DNA of 64,000 nucleotides from Fidelibacterota bacterium MT.SAG.2 (GTDB lineage Bacteria; Fidelibacterota; SORT01): NCBI GenBank assembly GCA_004402915.1, contig SORU01000005.1, positions 7,559-71,558 on the forward strand, read 5' to 3'. Positions within the stretch are counted from its first letter, which is position 1, and every line of letters starts with the position of its first letter. Positions 1-8,871 of this stretch are shown piece by piece. The position numbers and the translations under genes are program-made. The notes under the pieces were generated by a model. That model worked only from the letters and a program-made list of their open reading frames with translations. It was not told where the DNA came from and did not search any database.

Positions 1-158
1 AAAGCATGCTTGAATTGTACGAATTGAATAAGTTTTAAGCGGATAGTTAGGTAAACTCCTGTGCCGACAAGAAGCACTATTGTAAACCAGGGCTGTACTT
101 CGGCGCTCCCCCAAATATAAGCATTGATGTTGTCTAAAAAGTTTTGAAGTTTATGCAT
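1..158 (-). CDS. sodium:alanine (AGCS family) symporter, N-terminal fragment running off the window
   Basis: Minus-strand ATG at 158-156 is preceded by AGGAGA. The translation MHKLQNFLDNINAYIWGSAEVQPWFTIVLLVGTGVYLTIRLKLIQFVQFKHA resembles the N-termini of alanine/glycine:cation symporters. Confidence 0.55.
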   Translation of the reverse strand, partial: MHKLQNFLDNINAYIWGSAEVQPWFTIVLLVGTGVYLTIRLKLIQFVQFKHA

Positions 159-435
159 TCATTCTCCTATAAAATGTCCTAACAGTGCTGTCGCCTTTAA
201 ATAATTATCTGTATCCAAGTCAGGTTACAAAGGCTGTTTAATCACAAAATCTATCAGCCTTGAAGAACAGGATTATAGTCATTTAATTGAATTTTGTCAA
301 GGTAATTTGTTTTTGAGATTTTAGCCAAATGATTATTTCCATTTGTTTTAGATTCTTCTGATAAATATATTCATCCCGTTGAATCAAAGCGAATGCATGA
401 AGAATTAAAATGAATTGAATTAAGGATCTTAGACT

Positions 436-795
436 ATGAAACTGTTTGTAAAGAATCTGTCATTAGACGTCACTGCAGATCAACTCTTGGAAGCTTTTGA
501 AGAACATGGCTGGGTGGACTCGGTCGATATAATAAAAAACGGGAATACGGGCGAATCATTGGGTTTCGGATTTGTGGTGATGTCGACTTCCGCAGATGCT
601 CAAAAGGCAGTGACAGGTTTAAACGGGAAAGAGCTATTCGGAAGTATTATTGAAGTCACAGAAGATCGAAGGGACCGGAGTGAACGACGTGAGTTCGAGG
701 AACGCCGGAGTTCTAAACCGAGGAGAAAACTCTCTGACAGACGTGCTGATCATTCCAACAGACGGGATGAGGAAAACAGAAGGCACGATCTATAG
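436..795 (+). CDS. RRM-type RNA-binding protein with Arg-rich (D/E)RR repeat tail
   Basis: RNP2 LFVKNL and RNP1 LGFGFVVM motifs are present. The C-terminal 45 aa carry RR dipeptides spaced about every 6 residues. Confidence 0.85.
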   Translation: MKLFVKNLSLDVTADQLLEAFEEHGWVDSVDIIKNGNTGESLGFGFVVMSTSADAQKAVTGLNGKELFGSIIEVTEDRRDRSERREFEERRSSKPRRKLSDRRADHSNRRDEENRRHDL

Positions 796-1073
796 TGAGT
801 TTTGTCAGTGGTAATTCCGTAATCACACAAATTTAGTTCAAATAATATGCGTTCGAAGGCTCTAAAACCAAAAACATTGTTTTTACCTGTTCGTAAAAAT
901 CTATACGAAGTTCAATAGTTCAATATTTTGTTCTATTTTTTGCCCCGATGATATTTGAGCCGAATCTCCTTAGTTTTGCATTTACAGTCTAAAGCAATGT
1001 CAAATCAATAGAGTTATTCGAGTTGAATTTGGAATATATTAACACTACCTTTTTAGTCTCAATATAGGAGAGA

Positions 1074-1838
1074 ATGAAGCCTTTGAATAGTCATAAAACT
1101 TGGTCAGATAAGATGCATCGGGTAATTATCTCAGTGATTTTATCCCAGCTGATTTCAATTACCATTTTGTTAAACAGCGCTTCTGCGGACGATTCAAAAA
1201 AAGATTCTAAGCCTCCACCCAATGTCGTCATGCAGTATATATTTGATGACCGCGATTTCAATTCTCTTGCGGTATATGTAAGTACGTTACGCTTCCCGTT
1301 GGGAATATCCGTCTGGGGATTCACTGAGGTCAATGCGGATCAGGATGATGCTGTTCACAGGTTCGATCTGACACGCACATTTTCCGAGTTTCGCTTCTCT
1401 CACAACGGATTGGGCGATATACTGAACGTCAAAGGGCTTGTTGCGCAGATAGAATACAACGATATAACGCCGCGAGCAGGTCAACTACTCCGTTTTGGAA
1501 TTGCTTACAGACATAATCTGAAGATCCCTCAATTGGGGAGTGTCGGCGGATTGAGCGGTTGGCTTCAATGGCGAGCCCACCCTTATCAGACAGGCGGAAG
1601 TGGGGGACAGGCAAGCCTAATCTATTTCCTGCCTTTTCACAAGAAAGCATTCATCAGCGGCTGGCTCGACCTGAATTATTCTGAAAAATTTAGACGTAAG
1701 TGGGTGTTTGGACCGTTCTTGAATCTGAAGATAGGTGAACGAAGTTGGCTTGTCTTGCGTTACAATTACAATGGTATCGAGGATGCGATAGGATTGGATG
1801 GAACGGGTTGGGGCTTAGGCTTGAGAGTGGATTTTTAA
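1074..1838 (+). CDS. hypothetical secreted protein, possible outer-membrane beta-barrel
   Basis: It has an N-terminal hydrophobic signal-like segment, alternating aromatic/Gly-rich segments and a C-terminal ...GLGLRVDF ending in Phe. No family was recognised. Confidence 0.3.
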   Translation: MKPLNSHKTWSDKMHRVIISVILSQLISITILLNSASADDSKKDSKPPPNVVMQYIFDDRDFNSLAVYVSTLRFPLGISVWGFTEVNADQDDAVHRFDLTRTFSEFRFSHNGLGDILNVKGLVAQIEYNDITPRAGQLLRFGIAYRHNLKIPQLGSVGGLSGWLQWRAHPYQTGGSGGQASLIYFLPFHKKAFISGWLDLNYSEKFRRKWVFGPFLNLKIGERSWLVLRYNYNGIEDAIGLDGTGWGLGLRVDF

Positions 1839-1863
1839 TTACAACCAATGAAAGGAAATACCG

Positions 1864-2382
1864 ATGATTAGTTTGAATCTAACGCTGCTGCCGATATTAA
1901 TGATGTTTCTATTTCTATCGGATAAGCCGAAAGTAGGCGAACCCGCTCCGAATTTCAGTGGGCTGTCGACAGGAGGTAAGACCATCACTTTAGATGATTA
2001 CAAGGGGAGATGGGTGATACTATATTTCTATCCGAAAGCGTTCACACACGGTTGCACAATTGAGTCGTGCGGATTGAGGGATAATTATGCAGAACTGACA
2101 AAACTTAACGCAGAGGTGATAGGAGTAAGTTTTGACGACATAGAAAAACAGGAAGAATTTAAAAAAGCAAATGAACTGCCGTTCGACCTCATAAGCGATA
2201 AGGATAAATCTATTGCGAAAAGTTATGATACAGTCGGTCTTATGAATTTATATGCAAAACGCAAAACCTTTCTCATCGATCCCGAAGGTAAGCTTGCATA
2301 TATATTCGATAAGGTAGATACAGCGACGCACCCGCAGGATATAATCGATGTGTTAGCCGGAATCATAAAGGCTTCCGATTGA
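1864..2382 (+). CDS. peroxiredoxin (AhpC/TSA family, Bcp-like) with signal/TM segment
   Basis: The FYPKAFTHGCTIESC active-site context is typical of thiol peroxidases. Confidence 0.85.
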   Translation: MISLNLTLLPILMMFLFLSDKPKVGEPAPNFSGLSTGGKTITLDDYKGRWVILYFYPKAFTHGCTIESCGLRDNYAELTKLNAEVIGVSFDDIEKQEEFKKANELPFDLISDKDKSIAKSYDTVGLMNLYAKRKTFLIDPEGKLAYIFDKVDTATHPQDIIDVLAGIIKASD

Positions 2383-2390
2383 CGCTTGAA

Positions 2391-2561
2391 ATGAGAACAA
2401 AGTGTGAAAAATGTAACAGGCATTTGGCCAAAGATGCCAATGCATGTATTTGTACGTATGAATGTGCATTCTGAGCTGAATGTTCTGATGAGATGAATCA
2501 TGTTTGTCCAAACTGCTCGGGAGAACTTGTCAAACGGCCGAGAATGTTCTCCGCAGATTAG
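2391..2561 (+). CDS. DUF1272-like Cys-rich small protein, candidate selenoprotein (in-frame TGA at 2472-2474)
   Basis: ATG 2391 to TAG 2559-2561 reads MRTKCEKCNRHLAKDANACICTYECAF[TGA]AECSDEMNHVCPNCSGELVKRPRMFSAD. The pattern CxxC...IC.YEC.F(C/U)xxC...CPNC.GEL..RP.R matches my recollection of DUF1272. The TGA sits on a conserved Cys position, and selA/selB are in the window. Confidence 0.55.
2482..2526 (+). promoter_or_regulatory. candidate bacterial SECIS stem-loop downstream of UGA 2472
   Basis: This is a hand fold. Pairings are 2482-2486/2522-2526, 2489-2492/2516-2519 and 2499-2500/2514-2515, then a bulged U2501, then 2502-2505/2510-2513, closing on the apical loop GUCC. The bulged U and the G/U in the loop recall the E. 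coli fdhF SECIS layout. Confidence 0.35.
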
Positions 2562-2889
2562 ATTAAACGTTGAAGTCTGAATTATTTTTGTAGTAATAAT
2601 GAGCTTGTAAAAAACGAGAGCAGTCGTAATATTATTATTACAATTTCATAATGTAATTTCAAAGTTTGAGTTCAACTATGAGTTTAGTAAGAGCTATGAA
2701 TCTTACGTAATAATAATTCTCTTGTATTTAGCAATAGCCTAATTAAATTGAATCTATTCTAACTGTGAATAAAGAGATTTCTTTATTCCCTTAAAAAAGA
2801 ACGTCATAGCCCTTCGTACATTCTATAGGATTGAAAGAAACTGGCAATAGATTGAAGTCTAACATAAATAGCCTGCAGGAGACCAACAG

Positions 2890-4006
2890 ATGAATTTACA
2901 AAAGTCTATTCCTGGCTTTTTGATTTCAGTGCTACTTTTCTATAACGTCGCATCTCCTTTCTCATTTCCGGACGATAGAATTGTGATTGCGGTTGTGGAC
3001 TTCAAAAACACCGGTCAAGATGAGAGTTATAATTTCCTCGAAGAAACCATTTCTGAGGCTATCATAACAAAACTTGCTAAGGGCGGAAACTTTGAAATAG
3101 TCGAGAGATCTCGGCTTAAGGAAGCATTGAAGGAAATGGAACTTGGTATGACCGGATTATTGGATGAACAAACCGCTGTCGAAGTTGGAAGAGCTGTCGG
3201 GGCGAACGCGATCTTACTGGGGAGCTTCGTTTCAATCGGAAACGTTATTCGTATTAACGCCCGTCTTACTAGACGTAGAAACGAGCAGAATAATCAATGC
3301 AGAAATTGTGCAAGGCAGTGTAGGGAAAGAAATTTTTAATCTCATGGACAAATTGGCCGATTTGATCGAGGCACAGCTCCTTGGTGAAACTGAACCGATT
3401 GTGCAGGATCGACCGATTCCAGTAGAGGCACAGCTCCTTGGTGAAGCTAAACCGATTGTGCAGGATCGACCGATTCCAGTAAAGGCTGAGAAGAAAATTG
3501 ATTCATGGTTTTTTCGTATAGCAGTTGGCGCAGCTAATAACATTTATCCTGAAGAACTCCAGGACGTACTGGATGAATTGGAGGATATACCCGATATTAA
3601 CAAAATATCATTTAATTTTGATTTCAGTCTTTACCGATCATTGTCGGATCGAAAGACAATGATCGGATTTACATACAACGGATCGGGTGATGCCTATGAA
3701 TTTAAGGGTGATGAATTGAATTTCTATCAATATCTCTTCGGGATTAGCCTGATACACTATCCTGGGAATATAATTGGCAATGGATTATATGTTCGCGGGG
3801 ATTTGGGGACAGCATTTTTGATATTTGATAGTAGTTTTGGAAATGCAGAACAAAGCGAGAACGGATTCGGATACCAATTGGGCGCAGGCTATTCCTTACC
3901 CACGGCGATAGGGATAGAGTTTGATGCGATGCTAAGCTATGGTGGTAAAAAAATTGAAGACAAAGATTATTCAGTGGTTTTATTCAATTTTGGGGTTTCG
4001 TTCTAG
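2890..4006 (+). pseudogene. CsgG/LpoB-like lipoprotein domain fused to a C-terminal beta-barrel-like region, interrupted by a +1 frameshift near 3268
   Basis: ORF 2890-3339 ends ...LLGSFVSIGNVIRINARL. The family-typical continuation LDVETSRIINAEIVQGS is found in the +1 frame of ORF 3164-4006. The junction reads gcc cgt ctt a cta gac. The C-terminus ends in FNFGVSF. Confidence 0.6.
3368..3481 (+). repeat. 2 x 57-bp in-frame tandem duplication (EAQLLGE[TA][EK]PIVQDRPIPV[EK])
   Basis: Copies at 3368-3424 and 3425-3481 differ at only a few bases. Confidence 0.9.
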
Positions 4007-4022
4007 CAGATTTTCTAAAAGT

Positions 4023-4066
4023 AAAAAGGCAACAGGAATAGCCTGCTGCCTTTTACTTATTTTTTA
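4023..4066. terminator. bidirectional rho-independent terminator between convergent genes
   Basis: The stem AAAAGGCAACAGG/CCTGCTGCCTTTT is flanked by A-runs upstream and T-runs downstream. It lies between the stop at 4006 (+) and the stop at 4079 (-). Confidence 0.6.
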
Positions 4067-4078
4067 TAAAGAGTTAAG

Positions 4079-4948
4079 TTAGCCTAAATAAGCCTTCAAC
4101 TTACTGCTGCGCGACTTATGTCTTAACCTTAAAATCGCTTTTTCCTTAATCTGCCGTACACGCTCGCGTGTAAGATGAAACTCTTCACCGATTTCGTTAA
4201 GCGTAAGAGGATATTCCCTCTCTATGCCGAAATACATCCTGATGACTTCCTGCTCTCTCTCCTTTAGCGTGTCGAGCGCTTGCTGAATTTCGTTCTTGAG
4301 CGATTCAAACATCAATTCATCGTCCGGAGGAGCTTGACCTGAGTCTTCTACAACGTCGATAAGTGAATTTTCTTCACCGCTTCTGAAAGGAGCATCAAGA
4401 GAGTTGTGCCGTTTCGACATCATAATTGTGTCGGAAACTTCTTCCGGTGTCATTTCAAGTTTTTCCGCTATCTCCGCTTCATTCGGAGGCCGTTGAAATC
4501 CCTGCTCAAGCCCTTCGGCAGCTTTTGCTACCTTCGATATCGTTCCGACTCTGTTGAGGGGAAGCCGCACGATCCTTGAATGCTCCGCCAGTGCCTGCAG
4601 GATTGACTGCCTTATCCACCATACGGCATAGGATATGAACTTGAAACCGCGAGTTTCATCGAACCGCTCCGCCGCTTTGATAAGACCGACATTACCTTCA
4701 TTTATCAGGTCTGTCAGCGGTAAACCCTGACCCTGATAGTTTTTCGCGACGCTTACGACAAAACGCAGATTTGCTTCGGTCAACTTCTTCAATGCATTCA
4801 GCGCTTTTGCCGGGTTGTTCCCCTTGATTATCACTGCGAGTTTCACTTCATCGGACGGTTTGAGAGGTTCGTATTTGCCGATCTCCTCCAAATACTTGGA
4901 GAGTGACCTGTTTGCATCCATTCCGATTCTTTTAAGACTATTTGCCAT
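4079..4948 (-). CDS. rpoD: RNA polymerase primary-type sigma-70 factor (short FCB-type RpoD/SigA)
   Basis: Region 2 ([13 protein letters not shown]) and region 4.2 ([23 protein letters not shown]) are present. The 289-aa length is typical of Bacteroidota-like primary sigma factors. Confidence 0.8.
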   Translation of the reverse strand: MANSLKRIGMDANRSLSKYLEEIGKYEPLKPSDEVKLAVIIKGNNPAKALNALKKLTEANLRFVVSVAKNYQGQGLPLTDLINEGNVGLIKAAERFDETRGFKFISYAVWWIRQSILQALAEHSRIVRLPLNRVGTISKVAKAAEGLEQGFQRPPNEAEIAEKLEMTPEEVSDTIMMSKRHNSLDAPFRSGEENSLIDVVEDSGQAPPDDELMFESLKNEIQQALDTLKEREQEVIRMYFGIEREYPLTLNEIGEEFHLTRERVRQIKEKAILRLRHKSRSSKLKAYLG

Positions 4949-5172
4949 TTATAATACCCTATTTAATTTAAATTTTGCCCGCAAATTTAGAAGATGAAAT
5001 CAATCAGATCTCGCATTTATAAATCTTTCCCGTTCACAGCCTTTAAACATAACAATTTTATCGGCGAATAGCAAGAAATTATCACTATTCCGGCTTGAAT
5101 AATTTAAATATTTTATTTGTGATGTTTTAGGCTTAGTTATTCCCAAATCAGATTCAAATATAAATTGTTTAT

Positions 5173-5218
5173 AGCGCAAGGAAAGTGAGCCGACCTAACG
5201 CACAAAAAACGACAATAT
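5173..5218 (+). repeat. accessory-region repeat, copy 1 (degenerate core)
   Basis: AGCGCAAGGAAAGTGAGCCGACCTAACGCACAAAAAACGACAATATC aligns to the core GTGGCGAAAATGAGCCAACCTAAACGTCACAAAACAACATCAAAC. Confidence 0.55.
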
Positions 5219-5429
5219 CTTTTAAATGGGATAAAAAGTAGGAACGGGTATATGACCTAATAGTGTAAAGAAGAGAAGCAATACAATTCTTGGTTGACAC
5301 CACTTGCTTCTCTTCTTTTGAAGATGTTGTTGAGGTAACTATAATATATAATGATCATTCCGCACTGCGGTGATACTGATCACAAGTCTAAATAATTTGA
5401 AATCGAGAGGGAAGGAATAAATTCTTAAC

Positions 5430-5876
5430 TTACACTCTTCTTTCAGAAATTGCACGACGATCGGAAGACAATCTTCTTGTAATTATCAGCCTTCTCCCCA
5501 ATTCAACTCTTCTTTCTGAGTTGAACCGTTCGTTATATGCATAACTCACTGATTTTACACGCCGATCGGAAGCGATACGTCTATCTTCGTTGTTCCTCCG
5601 TTCTTCCGAAGAACGCCTTTCGTCAATATTCCTCCGGTCATCTTCTTCCCTCACAACACTGAGTTTTAACGCTTTGCCAAAAAGGACGACACCATTGACA
5701 TTTTGTATCATATCAAGCGCCTCAAGCCTGTTGGGTGCTTCTACAAACCCTCCCGGTTGACCGCTAATATTATCGTTTTTTATAGTTAGCGATTCTACTT
5801 CACCCCACAACTCAAACAATTTTATCAGATCATTGTTTGCGACAGAGTGAGTCAGATTTTCAACAAATATCTTCAT
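5430..5876 (-). CDS. RRM-type RNA-binding protein with long hexad (D/E)RR repeat tail
   Basis: The likely start MKIFVENL (ATG 5876) is preceded by AAGGGA. An RRM fold is followed by DDRR-NIDERR-SSEERR-NNEDRR-IASDRR...VELGRR-LIITRR-LSSDRR-AISERR. Confidence 0.8.
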   Translation of the reverse strand: MKIFVENLTHSVANNDLIKLFELWGEVESLTIKNDNISGQPGGFVEAPNRLEALDMIQNVNGVVLFGKALKLSVVREEDDRRNIDERRSSEERRNNEDRRIASDRRVKSVSYAYNERFNSERRVELGRRLIITRRLSSDRRAISERRV

Positions 5877-6212
5877 TGCATTCCCTTTTGGTATTAAATA
5901 CACAAACTACTTGCCAGCTCAAACCTGTTGAACTGAAAAACTCTTACATCATATACACTATTTACTCGTTTAATATAATATGATCTATATGCCCTGTCAA
6001 GGAGATTTCTATGAATTATGAAAAAAAAGTAATTATTATATATAAAAATCTGATAACACATTGTTATTATGTATGTTACAGAAATAGTTTATAAGTATGC
6101 TACTATCGAGAAAATCCACGATTTTATTAGATAAGAAGTGATTGGTTCTCTATATTAAGATTTTCGCATAATAAAAGATGTTCAACAATCAAATATTGGA
6201 GAGGAATAAATC

Positions 6213-6713
6213 TTGAATAAAATGATCATATTGGTCTTTTCGTTTTCACTGATTGCCTGTCAGGCGTCTGCTATAAACACACTCACGGAACGGGTTGAAT
6301 CCGAACAAACTGAACCCGTATTGACAGACGGCTATGATGCACTTCTTGCCGCAGAATTGGGCGCCGATGATTATGGTATGTCTCAATACGTTATGGCATT
6401 TCTGAAAGCCGGACCGAACCGTTCGCAGGATTCGTTAGCTCAAATAGAATTGCAGGCGGGTCATATGGCAAATATCCAGCGGCTGCAAAAAATGGGAAAG
6501 CTGGTATTAGCGGGACCGTTTTTGGATGATGGGGATCTGAAAGGAATCTTTATTTTTGCGGCCGAGAGTGTGGAGGAAGCTGAAGAATTGATAACGACTG
6601 ATCCGGCGATCATCTCGGGCAGACTTGTGATGGAGATGCATCCATGGTACGGTTCTGCCGCAGTCAAGCAAATATCGAATATTCATAAAAAGGTACAAAA
6701 GATTCAATTTTGA
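6213..6713 (+). CDS. YciI-like domain protein with lipoprotein-type signal
   Basis: A lipobox LIAC is present. YVMAFLKAGPN...GKLVLAGPF...GIFIF...EEAEELITTDPA...HPW matches the YCII-related pattern. Confidence 0.7.
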   Translation: MNKMIILVFSFSLIACQASAINTLTERVESEQTEPVLTDGYDALLAAELGADDYGMSQYVMAFLKAGPNRSQDSLAQIELQAGHMANIQRLQKMGKLVLAGPFLDDGDLKGIFIFAAESVEEAEELITTDPAIISGRLVMEMHPWYGSAAVKQISNIHKKVQKIQF

Positions 6714-6723
6714 TTATTTTAAT

Positions 6724-6768
6724 GTGGCGAAGCTGAGCCGACTCAATTGTCACATAACAACATTAATC
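6724..6768 (+). repeat. accessory-region repeat, copy 2 (core only)
   Basis: The sequence is GTGGCGAAGCTGAGCCGACTCAATTGTCACATAACAACATTAATC. It starts 10 nt after the YciI-like stop. Confidence 0.7.
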
Positions 6769-6788
6769 GGCTCTAAAAGGGATTATAA

Positions 6789-7574
6789 ATGATCGATTCG
6801 TGCAGACTCTGTGGAAGTAAAAACTTCTATCTCTACTATACTCTTGGCAATGACCAACAATTTAGATATTATAGATGCAGGGAATGTGATCTCGTTAATT
6901 ACGATTTGGAAGGAGGTTTAGACCAGGAACAATACGCTGAAGAATTTATTGATCCGGCTGACGGGAACCATATTATCAACATTCATCAGGACGACACATA
7001 CGATTTTCTTAAAAAGAATATCCACTCAAAAGGTAGAATATTTGAAATCGGCTGCGGAAACGGCCGGGTTCTTTATTTGGCAAGAGAAGATGGCTGGGAG
7101 GTCAAGGGACTGGAGCTGTCTGAGTTTCTCGCTGAAAAGGTCACAAAAAGATTGAATATGGAAATCGAAGTGGCAAATTTTTTAGAACTGAATCCTGACC
7201 CGAACGATAAACATGATCTCATAATTCTGAGACATGTCCTCGAACATCTTATCGACCCGCTGATTGCTATGGATAAAATCAGTAACCTTCTGAAACCTGA
7301 AGGAAAAGTGTTGATGGAATTTCCAAACATACAGGGAATTGATCTTCGGGTAAAACGCCTCTTATCAAAAATGGGGAGAAGGAAAAAATTCGCTGAAGAT
7401 TTCGTTCCCGGTCATGTGAATGAGTATTCAAAACGATCATATAAAAATCTTTTAACAAAAACCGGATTCACTCTGCTCAAATGGGAAACATATTCATCGA
7501 ATCCGCGTAAAAATTTCATATTCAATAGAATCCATATCGGAAACAAGGCGAGAGCGCTGATCCAAAAGGTCTGA
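6789..7574 (+). CDS. class I SAM-dependent methyltransferase with N-terminal CxxC...CxxC zinc ribbon
   Basis: The motif I context is EIGCGNGRVL. CRLCGS...CRECD lies at the N-terminus. Confidence 0.75.
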   Translation: MIDSCRLCGSKNFYLYYTLGNDQQFRYYRCRECDLVNYDLEGGLDQEQYAEEFIDPADGNHIINIHQDDTYDFLKKNIHSKGRIFEIGCGNGRVLYLAREDGWEVKGLELSEFLAEKVTKRLNMEIEVANFLELNPDPNDKHDLIILRHVLEHLIDPLIAMDKISNLLKPEGKVLMEFPNIQGIDLRVKRLLSKMGRRKKFAEDFVPGHVNEYSKRSYKNLLTKTGFTLLKWETYSSNPRKNFIFNRIHIGNKARALIQKV

Positions 7575-7624
7575 TATTGCCATACTGATAATGGAGGGGC
7601 TGGTAATGGATGATCGAATTTTGT

Positions 7625-7748
7625 CCGGCGAAAATGAACCTACCCGAACGTCGAAAGACAAAATCAAACAACACTAATCAACAAATGGAAAAATCCTTGA
7701 TAAATGGTGCTGAATCAAAGGTTTTGGCTCTATTGCATTGTAGCGGTG
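7625..7748 (+). repeat. accessory-region repeat, copy 3 (full length, includes tRNA-3'-end-like TGTAGCGG)
   Basis: CCGGCGAAAATGAACCTACCCGAACGTCGAAAGACAAAATCAAACAACACTAATCAACAAATGGAAAAATCCTTGATAAATGGTGCTGAATCAAAGGTTTTGGCTCTATTGCATTGTAGCGGTG aligns along its whole length with 9987-10120. Confidence 0.8.
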
Positions 7749-8059
7749 AAATGTTGAATTATCGTGATTCTATTATATCACATGGAATTCCAAAGCCACA
7801 ATTAATTCTTCAAGTCATTTCTTGGCTTGATAAACAAGCAATCTATGAGTAAATTTCTCGCACTGATCATAAAAGGAGCATACAATGTTAGTGCGTGACC
7901 TCATGACTCAATACCCTGACGGAGCTTGGGAGGCAAAACAAATCATCAGTATTAACCATCCAAGCGGAAATAAGATTACTCTGCGCCCAGGAATTAAAAT
8001 GAATCCAGGATTTATGGCGATGGGATTTGATATAATTGAACTTCTTGATATAGAACTCG

Positions 8060-8326
8060 ATGAAAAAGATTCCCAAAATCCAATGTGATTTTATGACATT
8101 TAATGAAATAGAGGGGAGACCAAAGGCGACATTGCACTCTTTTAGCCACACATTTAATAACACTTTAAGAGATTTAGGGCTCGGAATCGAAGATCGTCAG
8201 ATTCTACTTGCGCACTCATCGAATCAAATGACGAAAGTCTATACTCATCCTAACTTTGATTTAGTTTTGGAATATGTTAATAGGATGCCGAATCCCCAAG
8301 TTGGTAACACATTAATTCAGCGCTAA
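8060..8326 (+). pseudogene. tyrosine recombinase/integrase, C-terminal fragment only (decayed)
   Basis: ATLHSFSHTFNNTLRDLGLGIEDRQILLAHSSNQMTKVYTH matches the HxxRHTF...LLGHSS...YTH catalytic box. The box Arg is replaced by Ser and the whole N-terminal part is missing. The upstream ORF 7885-8088 is in another frame. Confidence 0.65.
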
Positions 8327-8710
8327 GATAACTTCTGATCTTTTTATTTCAAAGATTGCGTCTTCCGCCATAGATCGGACATTCTCGTTCCTGTCGTACC
8401 TTCCGGAAAATTTGAGTGCGTCCAAAGCATTTATATTGCCAAGCTGAGCGAGCGCGACCGCTGCTGAAAAGCGCGCAAAATCATTAACGTCTTTCTTAAG
8501 CATTCTGATCAACGGTTTCAGAGCCTTTTGTTCGCCGTTTTGAGCCAATATTTGTGCAGTGCTTACTCTCATACCGAGATTTTCAGATCGAAGCGTTTTT
8601 ATAAGCCAGATGGTCTCGTGTTTTTCTGCCGCATAAGGGTAAACAGCTCCCGTTATCATTCCTACCGCCAGCAATGTAAGTATAGCTTTTGTAACTGTTC
8701 TGCGTTTCAT
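8312..8710 (-). CDS. HEAT-repeat protein with signal peptide
   Basis: An N-terminal hydrophobic segment is followed by HEAT/PBS-lyase-like repeats (VRVSTAQILAQNG..., ARFSAAVALAQLGNINALDAL). Confidence 0.6.
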   Translation of the reverse strand: MKRRTVTKAILTLLAVGMITGAVYPYAAEKHETIWLIKTLRSENLGMRVSTAQILAQNGEQKALKPLIRMLKKDVNDFARFSAAVALAQLGNINALDALKFSGRYDRNENVRSMAEDAIFEIKRSEVILALN

Positions 8711-8871
8711 ATCACTTCTCCGTTCTCATCTAAATTTCGTGTCTGTTCTCCTTGAATATATAGACGTCTTTCTACCGAAAATTGTTGCATTATGAGGGAG
8801 AATATTAGCGCATGAAACCATTTAAGCTTGGGGCATTATAGATTACTCTATGCAGGCATTGAATTTACAGT

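Noticed and set aside
3265-3271. Programmed +1 ribosomal frameshift (CUU-A slippage) in the CsgG/LpoB-like gene
   Set aside because: There is no stall signal (no rare or stop codon and no upstream SD-like stimulator). A simple indel or pseudogenisation is more parsimonious, so it is reported only as a possibility.
7610-7852. 80-aa ORF called across 7610-7852
   Set aside because: It is translated straight through repeat copy 3 (the att-like sequence). It has no ribosome-binding site and no family resemblance, so it is most likely spurious.
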